Source of the DNA: an uncultured Gemmatimonadales bacterium
GTDB taxonomy: Bacteria > Gemmatimonadota > Gemmatimonadetes > Gemmatimonadales > GWC2-71-9
Direction of reading: 5' to 3'
Assembly (NCBI GenBank): GCA_963795085.1
Contig: CAWCFX010000004.1
Coordinates: forward strand, 704,001 to 768,000
Length of the DNA stretch: 64,000 bases
Shown in pieces: positions 1 through 9,763 of this stretch. The notes under the pieces were generated by a model. That model saw only the letters and a list, made by a program, of their open reading frames with translations. It made no database searches and was not told the DNA's origin. The position numbers and the translations under genes were made by a program. The stretch's first letter is position 1; the number at the start of each line of letters is the position of its first letter.

Positions 1-1
1 C

Positions 2-259
2 GCCCCGCCGGCGGTCGGTGAGTGGGTAGCCTATGGCGCCAGCGTCCGGGCCGCGCAGTACCTGGTCCTCGGTGGCAAGGCGCGAGCCCTCCTGCAGGGC
101 CGCTCCCACGTGAGCTTCGAGGACGTGCGTGCGCTGGCGCACCCGGTGCTCCGCCACCGTATCCTGACCAACTTCCACGCCCAGTCCGAGCGCGTGAACA
201 CCGGCCAGGTAATCGACCAGTTGCTGGCCGCGGTCCCGGTGCCCGCGTCCCGGATGTAG
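2..259 (+). CDS. moxR: MoxR-family AAA+ ATPase, C-terminal lid (5'-truncated by window edge)
   Basis: Manual frame-2 translation ...YGASVRAAQYLVLGGKARALLQGRSHVSFEDVRALAHPVLRHRILTNF...* resembles the MoxR lid; directly upstream of a DUF58 gene. Confidence 0.9.
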   Translation, partial: APPAVGEWVAYGASVRAAQYLVLGGKARALLQGRSHVSFEDVRALAHPVLRHRILTNFHAQSERVNTGQVIDQLLAAVPVPASRM

Positions 260-265
260 GCCGCC

Positions 266-1203
266 ATGCTCGCCGCCCACCGCCACCAGCCGGAGAGCGG
301 GGCCCGGTTCATCGATCCCCGGGCACTCGCCCGGATCGCGAACCTGGAGCTGCTTGCCCGCACGGTAGTGGAAGGGTTTGTCAGCGGGCTGCACCGCTCT
401 CCCCGCCTCGGCCTCTCCACCGATTTCGCGGAGCACCGCCCGTATCAGCCGGGCGATGATCTCCGGCGGCTGGACTGGAAACTCTTCGGCCGGACCGATC
501 GCTTCTACCTCAAGGAGTTCGAGGCGGAGACCAATGCCGGCGTCACCGTGCTGCTGGATGGCTCCCGGTCGATGCATTACGGGAGCCAGGGCGTGACCAA
601 GCTCGACTACGCCCGATACCTGGCGGCATCCCTGCTCTGGTTCTCCCAGAGCCAGCGGGACAAGGTGGGCCTGCTCACCTTTGACCGCGACATCCTGGAG
701 CACGTTCCGCCCAGCACCCGCCGCCTTCCGCACTGCCTGCACGCCCTGGAACGGATGCGGGAACACCCCGCCGGTCCCGGGGCCAGCCTGCGCGCCCTGG
801 AGGGCCCGCTTCGAAAGGCCGCCGAGTTGCTGACCCGGCGGGGCATCGTGATCCTGATCTCGGACCTGTACGAAGATCCCCAGGCCGTGCTGCACGCCTG
901 CGGGCACCTCGGCCGCCGGGGCAATGACCTGGTCGTGCTCCAGGTGCTGGATCCCGCCGAGCTCACCTTTCCCTTAGTGACGCGGCCAGTTTCGAGGACA
1001 TGGAGACCGGTGAGCGCATTCCCATCGTACCGGACCGGGTAACTGCCGCGTACCGCGACAAGGTCACGCACCACCTCAGCGAACTGCGCCGGCTGCTGGG
1101 CCGGGGCGGCGTGGACTACGCCGCCTTCGAAACCTCGAAACCCCTGGACCACGCCCTGTTCAGCTACCTGAGCGCGCGCCAGCGGCGCAACCGGGTGCGC
1201 TGA
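266..1203 (+). CDS. DUF58 domain protein, split by an apparent 1-nt deletion at ~974
   Basis: GLHRS..DFAEHRPYQPGDDLRRLDWK motif; ORFs 266-1042 and 1000-1203 join as LTFP(F)SDAASFEDMETG if one base is restored. Confidence 0.88.
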
Positions 1204-3263
1204 TGGGACTCGGCTTCCTGGTTCCGCTCTTTCTGGCCGGGCTCGCCGCGCTGGCGATTCCCGTCGTGGTCCATCTCCTGAACCGGGAGCGGAAGGAGAT
1301 TGTCCGATTTCCGTCGCTCATGTTTCTGGAGCGCGTGCCGTATCGCGCCATCCGGCGTCAGACCATCCGGCATCCGCTCCTGCTGGCGCTCCGGGCCCTC
1401 GCGATCATCTTGCTGGTCGCCGCGTTCGCGCGGCCGTTCTTCCAGCGGGACCCCGGTCTGGCGATGGCTACCGCCGGCGGAACCGAGCGGGTGATCCTGC
1501 TCGACCGGTCGTACAGCATGGCGCGGAGCGGGCGGTGGGAGCGGGCGCTCCGGGCGGTGCGGGAAGAGCTGGAAAACTCCGGGCCATCGGACCGGGTTTC
1601 CTTGGTGGCCTTCGACGAGCGGGTCTCCCTGGCCTTCGCGTCTTCGGTTCCCCCGGCCGCCGGCGGGGTAACGGACAGCCTGGCGCCGGGGAGCCGGGGC
1701 ACCCGGCTGGGGCCGGCGCTCGCCGCCGCACGCGAGGTACTGGCCGGATCGTCGCTGCCCCGCCGTGAGGTCGTCATCGTGAGCGATCTTCAGCGCAATG
1801 CCTGGGACGGTCGGAGCGAGGGGCGGCTTCCCTCCAATGTCGAGACGAGAATCATCGATCTGTCCGATTCGGCCACGGGCAACGCCCTGGTCGCCGGTGT
1901 GGAAGTGAGCCGGGAAATGCGGGGCGGGCAGGTCATGGGCAGCGTGGTTGCGAATATCAGGAACCAGGGGCCGGCTGCCACCAGTCGCCGTGCCGTGCTC
2001 GAAATCCAGGGCAGGGTCCAGGAAAGCCGGACCGTCACGGTGCCGGCCCAGGGCACAGCCACGGTCCGGTTCGCGGCGCTTCCGGTGCCGCCCCGTCCGG
2101 CGGCGGCCTCGGTCCGGATGGACCCGGACGTGCTGGCGGCGGACGATATCTTTCATTTCACGCTCTCCCGCGACCAGTCCCTGCCCATCCTGGTGCTGAG
2201 CCGGATGCCCGGGTCGCGTTCACTCTTTCTTCGCCGCGCCCTGGGGCTGGGCCGGGACCCTCCTTTCGACCTCACGATCCAGGCTCCCGCCACGGTGAGC
2301 CCGGCTTCGCTCGGCGGCTACGCCGTGATCGTGCTCAACAATCTTGATTTTCCCGGCGGCGCCCTCGGTGCCGCGCTGCGGGAGCGGGTGGAGCGGGGCG
2401 CCGGCCTCATCGTGATCCTGGGAGAGGCCGCCGACCCGTCCCGGTGGACCGCGGCCGATGCCGCCCTGCTGCCCGCGACTGTCCCGGCGATGGTGGACCG
2501 CACCGGGGATCACGGCGGGCGCATCGCCGCGCTGGAACGCTCCCACCATGTGTTCCAGCCGTTCGCGGGTCCCCGGAGCGGGGACTTCTCCGCCTCACGA
2601 TTTCTCCGCTATCGCCCCCTGGAGCCCGGGGACAGCGCGACCGCGCTCGCCTGGTTCGATGACGGACATGTGGCGCTGGTTGAAGGCCGGGCGGGTCACG
2701 GTCGCGTCCTGGTCTGGGGATCGACCATGGATGATTTCTGGAATGACCTGGTGCTGCAACCGGTCTTCCTTCCATTCGTGCATGCCCTGGTTCGGCACGC
2801 TGCGGGCTTCACCCCCGATCCCCTCTGGCGAACCGTGGGCCAGCGGGTCCGGCTTGCGGACAGCGACAGCGCCGCGGAGCCGCCGGTCCTGGTGAGGCCC
2901 GGTGGCGGACGGCAGCGACTGGAGCCGGGAAGCGGCGCGGTCGAGCTTCACGACCCGGGATTCTATGAGGTCCAGAACAATGCCCGAGAGACGGCACGCC
3001 TGCTCGCGGTGAACGTGGATCGGGCGGAGTCGGAAACCGCGCGATGGAACCCCGATGAACTCCGGGCCGCGATCACTTCCGGCGACACCCTGGCGACCGC
3101 CGGCGGTGCGGCCGTCCTTACCGCCGCCGAGCGGGAATCCCGGCAGCGGGTCTGGTGGTTCCTGCTGGTTGCCGCCGCCATGGTGCTGCTGGCCGAATCG
3201 TTGCTGGCCAGCCGGATAAGCCGGACGCGACTCGGGTTACGGCAGGAGCCGGGAAGAACCTGA
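1203..3263 (+). CDS. BatA N-terminal + vWA domain membrane protein
   Basis: LAIPVVVHLL..RFPSLMFL..LLLALR..FARP BatA pattern, DRSYSM MIDAS-like motif, VSD, C-terminal TM; 1-nt overlap with the DUF58 stop. Confidence 0.88.
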   Translation: MGLGFLVPLFLAGLAALAIPVVVHLLNRERKEIVRFPSLMFLERVPYRAIRRQTIRHPLLLALRALAIILLVAAFARPFFQRDPGLAMATAGGTERVILLDRSYSMARSGRWERALRAVREELENSGPSDRVSLVAFDERVSLAFASSVPPAAGGVTDSLAPGSRGTRLGPALAAAREVLAGSSLPRREVVIVSDLQRNAWDGRSEGRLPSNVETRIIDLSDSATGNALVAGVEVSREMRGGQVMGSVVANIRNQGPAATSRRAVLEIQGRVQESRTVTVPAQGTATVRFAALPVPPRPAAASVRMDPDVLAADDIFHFTLSRDQSLPILVLSRMPGSRSLFLRRALGLGRDPPFDLTIQAPATVSPASLGGYAVIVLNNLDFPGGALGAALRERVERGAGLIVILGEAADPSRWTAADAALLPATVPAMVDRTGDHGGRIAALERSHHVFQPFAGPRSGDFSASRFLRYRPLEPGDSATALAWFDDGHVALVEGRAGHGRVLVWGSTMDDFWNDLVLQPVFLPFVHALVRHAAGFTPDPLWRTVGQRVRLADSDSAAEPPVLVRPGGGRQRLEPGSGAVELHDPGFYEVQNNARETARLLAVNVDRAESETARWNPDELRAAITSGDTLATAGGAAVLTAAERESRQRVWWFLLVAAAMVLLAESLLASRISRTRLGLRQEPGRT

Positions 3264-3278
3264 TGGGCGGGAGGTCCA

Positions 3279-6200
3279 ATGACTGATTCAGACTATCGCG
3301 AAGAGCTGCGCCGGGTGATCCGGCTGGTCCGCAACCGGTACCGGTGGCGGGTGCTGCTGACCGGTGCGGCCATCCTGTTCGCCGCCATGCTGGGCCTCCT
3401 GGTCGCGTCCGCCTTCCTGCTGGAATGGCTGAAGTTTACCCCCGTCGGCGTGACCCTCGTGCGGGCCGGGTTCTACCTGCTGCTCGGCGCGGTGCTGCTG
3501 CGCTGGCTGGTCCTGCCGCTGTCCCGCCGCCACTCCGATGGCGAGATCGCACTCTATATAGAAACCCACGAACCCACCCTGCAGGCGGCGGTGCTGAGCG
3601 CCGTGGAGTACGACGCAGCCGAGGCCGGCGGGTCTCCCGGCCTGGTGCGCCGGCTGCTGCAGGAGGCCGTCGAGAGAACCCGGGCCGTGGAGGAGGGCCG
3701 CCGGATCGAGCGGCGCCGGCTGCGCTGGTTGCCGGGTGCCGTGGCCGGCGCGGTTGGAGCCATGGTGCTGCTGGCGCTCTTCGGCCCTCCCTCGGCACGC
3801 ACGGTGATGCAGGTGCTCTTCATGCCCTGGAGCAGCGCGGAAGCGGCGCAACCTTATGCCGTCCTGGTGGAGCCGGGGAATACCGTGGTGCCGCGCGGAG
3901 GCGACGCGCGGATCACGGCCCGGCTCCGCGGCTTCGAGAGCGACCAGGTGGTGCTCCATCTTCGGCGGCTGGACAGCCTGGGCCCCTCGGCCTGGGAAGC
4001 CACCGCGATGGGCGAGGGCATGGTTCCCGGCACCTGGCTGGCCGAACTGTTCGGCCTGGAGGTGAATGCGGAGTACTACGTCGAGGCCAGCGGGGTGAAG
4101 TCGCCCGCCTATCGGCTCGAGGTGCGCGACCTGCCCTATACCCGGTCGATCGACCTGGAATACCGGTATCCCGCCTATACCGGTCTGCCGGCCCAGCGCG
4201 TCCCCGACGGTGGGGATATCGCGGTCCTCCGCGGCACCCGGGTGATCGTGCTGGTCACGCCCACCATGCCGGCCGGCGGAGGCCAGCTGGTGGTGGAGGG
4301 CGCGGAGCCGGTCCCCCTGGTCCCGGCCGACAGCGGCAGGCTGCGCGGGGTCTTCACCGTGCAGGGCAATGGCTTCTACCACATCCAGCTGATGGGCAGT
4401 GACAGCGCGATGGTCCGGGCGTCGCTCGACTACGCCATCGAATCGCTGGGAGACCAGCCCCCGCTGGTGCAGATCACCAGGCCGGGGCGGGATACCCGGG
4501 TGACTTCACTCGAGGAAGTCTTCATCGAAGCGCGGGGCGAGGACGATTTCGGCGTCCAGAAGATGGAACTGGTCTATTCGGTGAATGGCGGGCCGGAGCA
4601 GACGGTCGAGCTCCGCGCGCCGGGCGGCCGCCGGCTGACCGAGGTTGCCGCGGGGCACACGCTGTACCTCGAGGAATATGACCTGGAGCCGGGCGACGTG
4701 GTGAGCTACCACGCGCGGGCCTGGGACGCTAATCCGTTCGGCGGACCGGGGTCGGGAAGTACCGATATCTACTTCCTCACGGTGCGTCCGTTCGACCGGG
4801 AGTATCGCGAAGCGGAACAGGCCGGCATGCCGGGACAGCAGGGAGATTCGCCGGAAGGACTCTCCGAGCAGCAGAAAGAGATCGTGTCCGCCACCTTCAA
4901 GGCCAACCGCGACCGGGCCGCCATTTCGCCGGCGGAATGGCAGGAAAACCTGGCGACCATTGCCCTGGCCCAGGGCCGGCTTCGGCAGCAGGCGGAGACG
5001 CTGGGCCGCCGGCTGGTCCAGCGCGGGCTCAGCGGCAGCGACTCGACCTTCGCGGCGATCGCGGCCGAGCTTCCGGCGGCCATCGAGGCCATGAAGCAGG
5101 CGGAGGAACAGCTGGGCCGGCGGGAGCCGGCCGAGGCGTTGCCGCCGGAACAGCGGGCCCTGCAGCACCTGCAGCGGGCGGAAGCCGCATTCCGGGAAGT
5201 CCAGGTCAGCCAGGGGAATCAACCCGGCGGGGGCGGCCGGTCGCAGTCCAGCGCCGAAGAGCTCGCGGACCTCTTTGAGCTGGAAAACGACCGGCGACAG
5301 AACCAGTACGAGACGGTGCAGCGGGGCCGGGAGGAACAGGCGCAGCAGGAGATGGACGCGGTGATGGAGCGGCTCAAGGAGCTGGCCAGCCGGCAGCAGC
5401 AGGAGAACGAACGGATGCTGCGGGAAGCGGAGCGGATGCGGCAGTCGGGCGGGGCCGGTGGCGGGTCCGCCAGTCAGCGGCGGCTGGCCCAGGAAGTGGA
5501 TTCTCTCGCCCGAAGGCTGGAACGGCTCACCCGGGAGCAGCGTTCCCCAGAATTGCAGGAGACGATGCGCCGCCTGCAGGAAGCGGCCGACGCAATGCGC
5601 CGCTCCGCCGCCCAGCCCGGCCAGGGAGGGGGACTGGGAAGCCGGGCGCTGGAACGCATCGAGGAGGCCCGGCGGCTGCTGGAGCAGGGGAGCGCCTCAA
5701 GGGTACGGGAGAACCTGGAACGCAACGCGAACCAGGCGCGCCGGCTGGCGCAGGAACAGCGTGATGTCCAGCGTCAGGCTGGGGCGCTCAAGCCGGGAGA
5801 CGCCGCGGAACGCCGCCGCCTGGAACAGGCCAAGGACCGAATGGCCGGCGAACTGCGCGACCTGGAGAACCAGTTGGAGCGCGCCGGGCGGGAAGCGCGC
5901 AGCGACCAGCGTGAGGCGGCCCGGCAGGTCCAGGAGGCCGTGACCGGCCTGCGCGAGCGGCGGGTGCGGGAAAAGATCGAATACTCGCGGGGCCTGCTGG
6001 GGTCGGGACAGGCTTCCCGGCAGTTCGAAGAGAATATCGCCGCCAACCTGGACCAGCTGGAGCAGGACCTCGAAGAGGCGGTCGCGGCGGTTGGCGAGAA
6101 TCAGGGCCAGCGCGCCGAACGGGCGCTGGAACGCACCCGGGCGCTCGCCCAGGGGTTGGAGTCATTGGCCGAACGAGCCCGGCAGGCGCAGGAGGGCGGC

Positions 6201-6656
6201 CAGCCCGGGGGGCAGGCCAACGGAACGCCACGGCCCGGCGCTACGCCAGGCGGAGAGCGGGAACCGCCCGCGGGCGATGCGGCTCCCGATACACCGGGGG
6301 GACGAACGAACGGGATCGATCCCCGCCAGCTGGGCCGCGAATTGCGAGAGCGGCGGATGGACTCGGAGCAGCTTCGGCGCGAGTTACAGGAGGAGGGAGT
6401 GGACGTGGCCGACCTGGACCGGGTCATCAGCCGGCTCCGGGGATTGGAAGGCCGCGGCATCGGCAGCGACCGGCAGGCGCTCGAGATGCTGCGATCGGAG
6501 GTGATTGCCGGGCTCCAGGAGTTCGAGTTCGCGCTGCGCCGGGCGCTGGCCGGCCCCGATCCCCGGCGACCCCTCTCCGGCCGCCAGGGCGAGGTGGCGC
6601 CGGAATACCGGGAACTGGTGGAGAAGTACTACGAGAGCCTGGCGGGGGAGGAATGA
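3279..6656 (+). CDS. DUF4175-like membrane protein with Ig-like region and long coiled coil
   Basis: Three N-terminal TMs, YRYPAYTG and DDFGV motifs, Q/E/R-rich helical C-half, terminal PEYRELVEKYYESL; operon context. Confidence 0.8.
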   Translation: MTDSDYREELRRVIRLVRNRYRWRVLLTGAAILFAAMLGLLVASAFLLEWLKFTPVGVTLVRAGFYLLLGAVLLRWLVLPLSRRHSDGEIALYIETHEPTLQAAVLSAVEYDAAEAGGSPGLVRRLLQEAVERTRAVEEGRRIERRRLRWLPGAVAGAVGAMVLLALFGPPSARTVMQVLFMPWSSAEAAQPYAVLVEPGNTVVPRGGDARITARLRGFESDQVVLHLRRLDSLGPSAWEATAMGEGMVPGTWLAELFGLEVNAEYYVEASGVKSPAYRLEVRDLPYTRSIDLEYRYPAYTGLPAQRVPDGGDIAVLRGTRVIVLVTPTMPAGGGQLVVEGAEPVPLVPADSGRLRGVFTVQGNGFYHIQLMGSDSAMVRASLDYAIESLGDQPPLVQITRPGRDTRVTSLEEVFIEARGEDDFGVQKMELVYSVNGGPEQTVELRAPGGRRLTEVAAGHTLYLEEYDLEPGDVVSYHARAWDANPFGGPGSGSTDIYFLTVRPFDREYREAEQAGMPGQQGDSPEGLSEQQKEIVSATFKANRDRAAISPAEWQENLATIALAQGRLRQQAETLGRRLVQRGLSGSDSTFAAIAAELPAAIEAMKQAEEQLGRREPAEALPPEQRALQHLQRAEAAFREVQVSQGNQPGGGGRSQSSAEELADLFELENDRRQNQYETVQRGREEQAQQEMDAVMERLKELASRQQQENERMLREAERMRQSGGAGGGSASQRRLAQEVDSLARRLERLTREQRSPELQETMRRLQEAADAMRRSAAQPGQGGGLGSRALERIEEARRLLEQGSASRVRENLERNANQARRLAQEQRDVQRQAGALKPGDAAERRRLEQAKDRMAGELRDLENQLERAGREARSDQREAARQVQEAVTGLRERRVREKIEYSRGLLGSGQASRQFEENIAANLDQLEQDLEEAVAAVGENQGQRAERALERTRALAQGLESLAERARQAQEGGQPGGQANGTPRPGATPGGEREPPAGDAAPDTPGGRTNGIDPRQLGRELRERRMDSEQLRRELQEEGVDVADLDRVISRLRGLEGRGIGSDRQALEMLRSEVIAGLQEFEFALRRALAGPDPRRPLSGRQGEVAPEYRELVEKYYESLAGEE

Positions 6657-6657
6657 A

Positions 6658-6729
6658 GAAATTGAAGAAATTGAGGGAATTGAGGGAATTGAGGGAATTG
6701 ATGGAATTGAGGGAATTGAGGGAATTGAG
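6658..6729 (+). repeat. 9-bp tandem array (GGAATTGAG)x8
   Basis: Read directly; begins 1 nt after the stop at 6656. Confidence 0.95.
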
Positions 6730-6734
6730 ACGAA

Positions 6735-6774
6735 AACGGGGGATCCTTCCAGAGCCGTGGAGAGATCCCCCGTT
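6735..6774 (-). terminator. Hairpin between convergent genes, probable intrinsic terminator
   Basis: AACGGGGGATC...GATCCCCCGTT 11-bp inverted repeat; short T-run on the minus strand. Confidence 0.6.
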
Positions 6775-6793
6775 CGGTCCAGCCCAGCCCAGC

Positions 6794-7246
6794 TCAGGAA
6801 GATGTTGCTTTTCGGTCAAAGATCTTGTTCACGATCTGCCACTGCCCGTTGATCTTGAGCAGGGACATGTAATCGGTGAGGACGGCATTGGCCGAGGTCA
6901 GCCTGAGCTTGGCGACGGCCGCCGTCCCTGAAATATCTATCGAGACGATCTCCTTCCTGGTCTGGTCCGGGGTTGATCCAGCGGCCCGGGGGGCGGCCAC
7001 CCGGGACAGGTAGTCGGGAAAGATCGGCATCCGCACGAACTGGGTGTCCCGGACGAAGAACATCATCGCGACCTTGTTGAATGCCTTCGCGACGACGGCG
7101 GAATCCCTGGCGGTCCCCCCCTCGAAGTAGTACCCGACCACCTTCCGGATAGCTTCCTCGTCCGGGTTCGCCGGCCGGGCAGCCAGCAGGGGGACGCTGA
7201 CCAGTGCCAATCCCATGACGGCCAGGGCTCGAACACGATTTGTCAT
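6794..7246 (-). CDS. Secreted NTF2-like (putative lumazine-binding family) protein
   Basis: Signal peptide, SIDISGTAAVAKL..TDYMSLLKINGQWQIVNK; GGAG RBS before ATG 7246. Confidence 0.85.
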   Translation of the reverse strand: MTNRVRALAVMGLALVSVPLLAARPANPDEEAIRKVVGYYFEGGTARDSAVVAKAFNKVAMMFFVRDTQFVRMPIFPDYLSRVAAPRAAGSTPDQTRKEIVSIDISGTAAVAKLRLTSANAVLTDYMSLLKINGQWQIVNKIFDRKATSS

Positions 7247-7303
7247 TGCAGTAGCTCCAGGTTTGGCGTAAATCCCGCTCACCTCTCGATTGTCACTCGT
7301 CAT

Positions 7304-8656
7304 TCACTCCCGGTAGTGCAGTCGCGCGATCCTCGCCGGGTTCTTCCCCGGCGACTCTCCATATGCCAGCCAGACGTCGCCCCGTTCCGAATCTACCCAC
7401 AGGTGGCGGACCAGCGCGCCATTGGTGGGAAGCCCGTAGGTGGTAAACTGCCGGGTGACCGGATCGTAGGCGAACACCGCGTCGGCGGCGCCGGTTCCTA
7501 CCCAGACCGTTCCGGTAGCCGAGTCCACCCGCGCGACGTAGGGCGCGGCATCCTTGATCGGGAGCGCGATCTCCTCGAACAGCCTGAGGCGGGGGTCAAA
7601 CCGTACCAGGGTTCCCCCCCCATAGGCCGGGATCCACAAAATCCCGTTCCGGTCCACGTCGAAACGGCGGGGGCCGCTGTGGGCGGTGGGCATGGGGAAC
7701 GCCTCGGCGGCGCCGGTCCGGGGATCGAGCACCACCATCCGGTTGCCCTGCAGTTCGCTCATCCAGATTCGCCCGTCCGGTGCGGCGCGGAGCTCGTAGG
7801 GGATGGGTCCTCCTCCTCCGGTCGCCAGGTCCGGGTGGAGGGGCAGGTCGTGGGTGCGAATCTCGCCCGCCGCCGTGACCTCCTTGATCTGCTCCGGGTT
7901 GCGGGAGAAGTGGCCGTTCGCGTAGGCGCTTCCGTTTACCCCCAGCGCGATGCTGTGGGCGTAGAATCCGATGTCGAACCAGGTCCAGCTGCCCCCGTCG
8001 TAGCGGCCGACCTGTCCGGGGCCGCCCAGGACCACCCACCAGCGGCCTTCCTTGTCGATGTCCACCGCACGCGGATTGGCGTGGTCGAACATGTCCACCG
8101 GCGTCCAGATGCCCAGGGTCGGCTCCAGCGAGTACATCTTGTGGGAGAACATCCCGGTCACGATGACCCGGCCGTTCCGGTCCACCGCCACATCGTGCGG
8201 CAGGTCGCCGCCCACGGGAAAGAGGTATTCCCGCACCCGGTCGGACGGTGCCGGGCCGTTTGCCGCCGGCTGGGTCCGCTGCCTGGGGAGGTGGCGGGCC
8301 AGCCAGGCCGCGCTGCCGGCCGGGGTCTGCGCCGCCGAAATGACCGGGAACCCGGAACTGGGCCCGGCAAATCCGAGCATCCGCTGGATCGCGGCCGACC
8401 AGTCCGCCTCGCTTCGAGGCTGCCCGCCAGGCTGGGTCCGTACCGCATCAAACTGGTGACAGCCGGTGCAGTCAATGATGAACTGACGCTTCTCCGGCCC
8501 ATCAGGCAGCAGCGCCAGCCACGCCGAGCTCGGCGCCGTCGTATCGGCGGAGATGGCTGCGGGAGTCGAGGGGGCCAGGCGGAAGGACGTCAGCGCGAGC
8601 CCGAGGACGCCGGTGGAGACCAGCAGTATCCGGCCCGAAGTCGGGAAGTTTGGCAT
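7304..8656 (-). CDS. Secreted cytochrome c (CxxCH) + Vgb-like beta-propeller protein
   Basis: Signal peptide, CTGCH, repeated blades (PHDVAVD, PRAVDID, PRRFDVD). Start uncertain (8656 or 8713). Confidence 0.8.
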   Translation of the reverse strand: MPNFPTSGRILLVSTGVLGLALTSFRLAPSTPAAISADTTAPSSAWLALLPDGPEKRQFIIDCTGCHQFDAVRTQPGGQPRSEADWSAAIQRMLGFAGPSSGFPVISAAQTPAGSAAWLARHLPRQRTQPAANGPAPSDRVREYLFPVGGDLPHDVAVDRNGRVIVTGMFSHKMYSLEPTLGIWTPVDMFDHANPRAVDIDKEGRWWVVLGGPGQVGRYDGGSWTWFDIGFYAHSIALGVNGSAYANGHFSRNPEQIKEVTAAGEIRTHDLPLHPDLATGGGGPIPYELRAAPDGRIWMSELQGNRMVVLDPRTGAAEAFPMPTAHSGPRRFDVDRNGILWIPAYGGGTLVRFDPRLRLFEEIALPIKDAAPYVARVDSATGTVWVGTGAADAVFAYDPVTRQFTTYGLPTNGALVRHLWVDSERGDVWLAYGESPGKNPARIARLHYRE

Positions 8657-8740
8657 TCCGGCATTACGAACCAGTCTCGGTCCGGTTTCGCGGCTGGGCC
8701 GATTACTTTTCATGGATGTAACCCTTTTCCCGAGCCGAAC

Positions 8741-9634
8741 ATGAACGAAGTTGACTATCCCTATCTGATCGCCATCGCCACCCTGGCCTCCCGGGCCGAT
8801 GGGCACTCCGGGGTCGCCGAGCAGGAGGCCATTGACCGGGTGCTGGACCGGATCGGGCGGCCCGACGTCTCCGATATCTCGCGCCGTGCCGCGGCGGGGG
8901 AACTCCGGCTGGCGGACCTGGCCGGCAAACTGTCCAGCGAGGAGAGCCGCCGGCTGGCCTACGAGACCGCCTTGACCGTCTGCAACGCCGATGGGTCCGC
9001 CAACCTGGCGGAGCAGACCTTTCTCGAGGAGCTCCGGGACAAGCTTGGGCTTACTCCGGCGAGCGTGCAGGACATGACCGCCACCGCCGGACAACTCGCC
9101 GGCTCCCCGCTGCCCGAAAGCGGCACCGCCGGCGCCGGCCCGCCGGACCACGGTGACATGATCCTGCAGCATGCGATGCTGACGGGTGCCCTCGAGTTGC
9201 TGCCGGATCGTTTGGCCAATATCGCGGTGCTCCCGGTGCAACTGCGGATGGTGTACCAGATCGGCCAGGGCCACGGCCAGAAACTGGATGCCAGCCAGGT
9301 AAAGGATCTCGCGGCGACCATGGGCCTGGGCATCGCTGCGCAGGCGGTCGAGAGCGTCGTCATCAAGGCAGTGGGGGGTCTGCTCGGCGGTCTACTGGGC
9401 GGCGCGTCCCGGGTGGCCGGCGGCGCGGCCATCACCTTTGCCGCCACCTATGCGCTGGGACATGTCGCCGACCAGTACTACGCCCAGGGCCGCACCCTGA
9501 GCGCGACGGACCTGAAGGCGCTCTTTACCAGGTTCCAGTCGGATGCGAAGACACTGTATCCCCGGGTGCAGGAACAGATCCAGGCTCAGTCGCGATCGCT
9601 CAACCTGGCGGCGGTGCTGGACAAGGTGAGGTAG
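8741..9634 (+). CDS. TerB-like + DUF697-like domain protein
   Basis: ASRADG..EQEAI and VCNADG..EQTFL TerB-like motifs; LPVQLRMVYQIG and FAATYALG in the C-half. Confidence 0.78.
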   Translation: MNEVDYPYLIAIATLASRADGHSGVAEQEAIDRVLDRIGRPDVSDISRRAAAGELRLADLAGKLSSEESRRLAYETALTVCNADGSANLAEQTFLEELRDKLGLTPASVQDMTATAGQLAGSPLPESGTAGAGPPDHGDMILQHAMLTGALELLPDRLANIAVLPVQLRMVYQIGQGHGQKLDASQVKDLAATMGLGIAAQAVESVVIKAVGGLLGGLLGGASRVAGGAAITFAATYALGHVADQYYAQGRTLSATDLKALFTRFQSDAKTLYPRVQEQIQAQSRSLNLAAVLDKVR

Positions 9635-9763
9635 GAATTGAGGGAATGGGGGAATTGAGGAATTGATGGAATTGATGGAATTGAGGGAATTGAGGGAATT
9701 GAGAAATTTGCTGCCAATTCCCCCATTCCCCCATTCCCTCAATTCCCCCCTCCCCTCAATTCC
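9634..9763. repeat. Head-to-head 9-bp arrays (GGAATTGAG)n ... (CTCAATTCC)n
   Basis: Left arm ~9634-9709, right arm ~9715-9763; fills the gap between two convergent stops. Confidence 0.92.

Noticed and set aside
965..980. Programmed -1 frameshift in the DUF58 gene (TTTCCCT)
   Set aside because: Heptamer is not in the canonical X XXY YYZ phase; similar indels elsewhere point to sequencing error.
6653..6931. Repeat-derived ORFs (LRELREL, GTVGQWDS, QSAECRV, IPSIPTFPQF), here and at other arrays
   Set aside because: They are translations of tandem repeats; true starts with RBS or signal peptides lie outside the arrays.
7304..9634. Two long overlapping antiparallel ORFs (656 and 772 aa)
   Set aside because: High-GC shadow extensions; the real genes are divergent from ~8656 and 8741.
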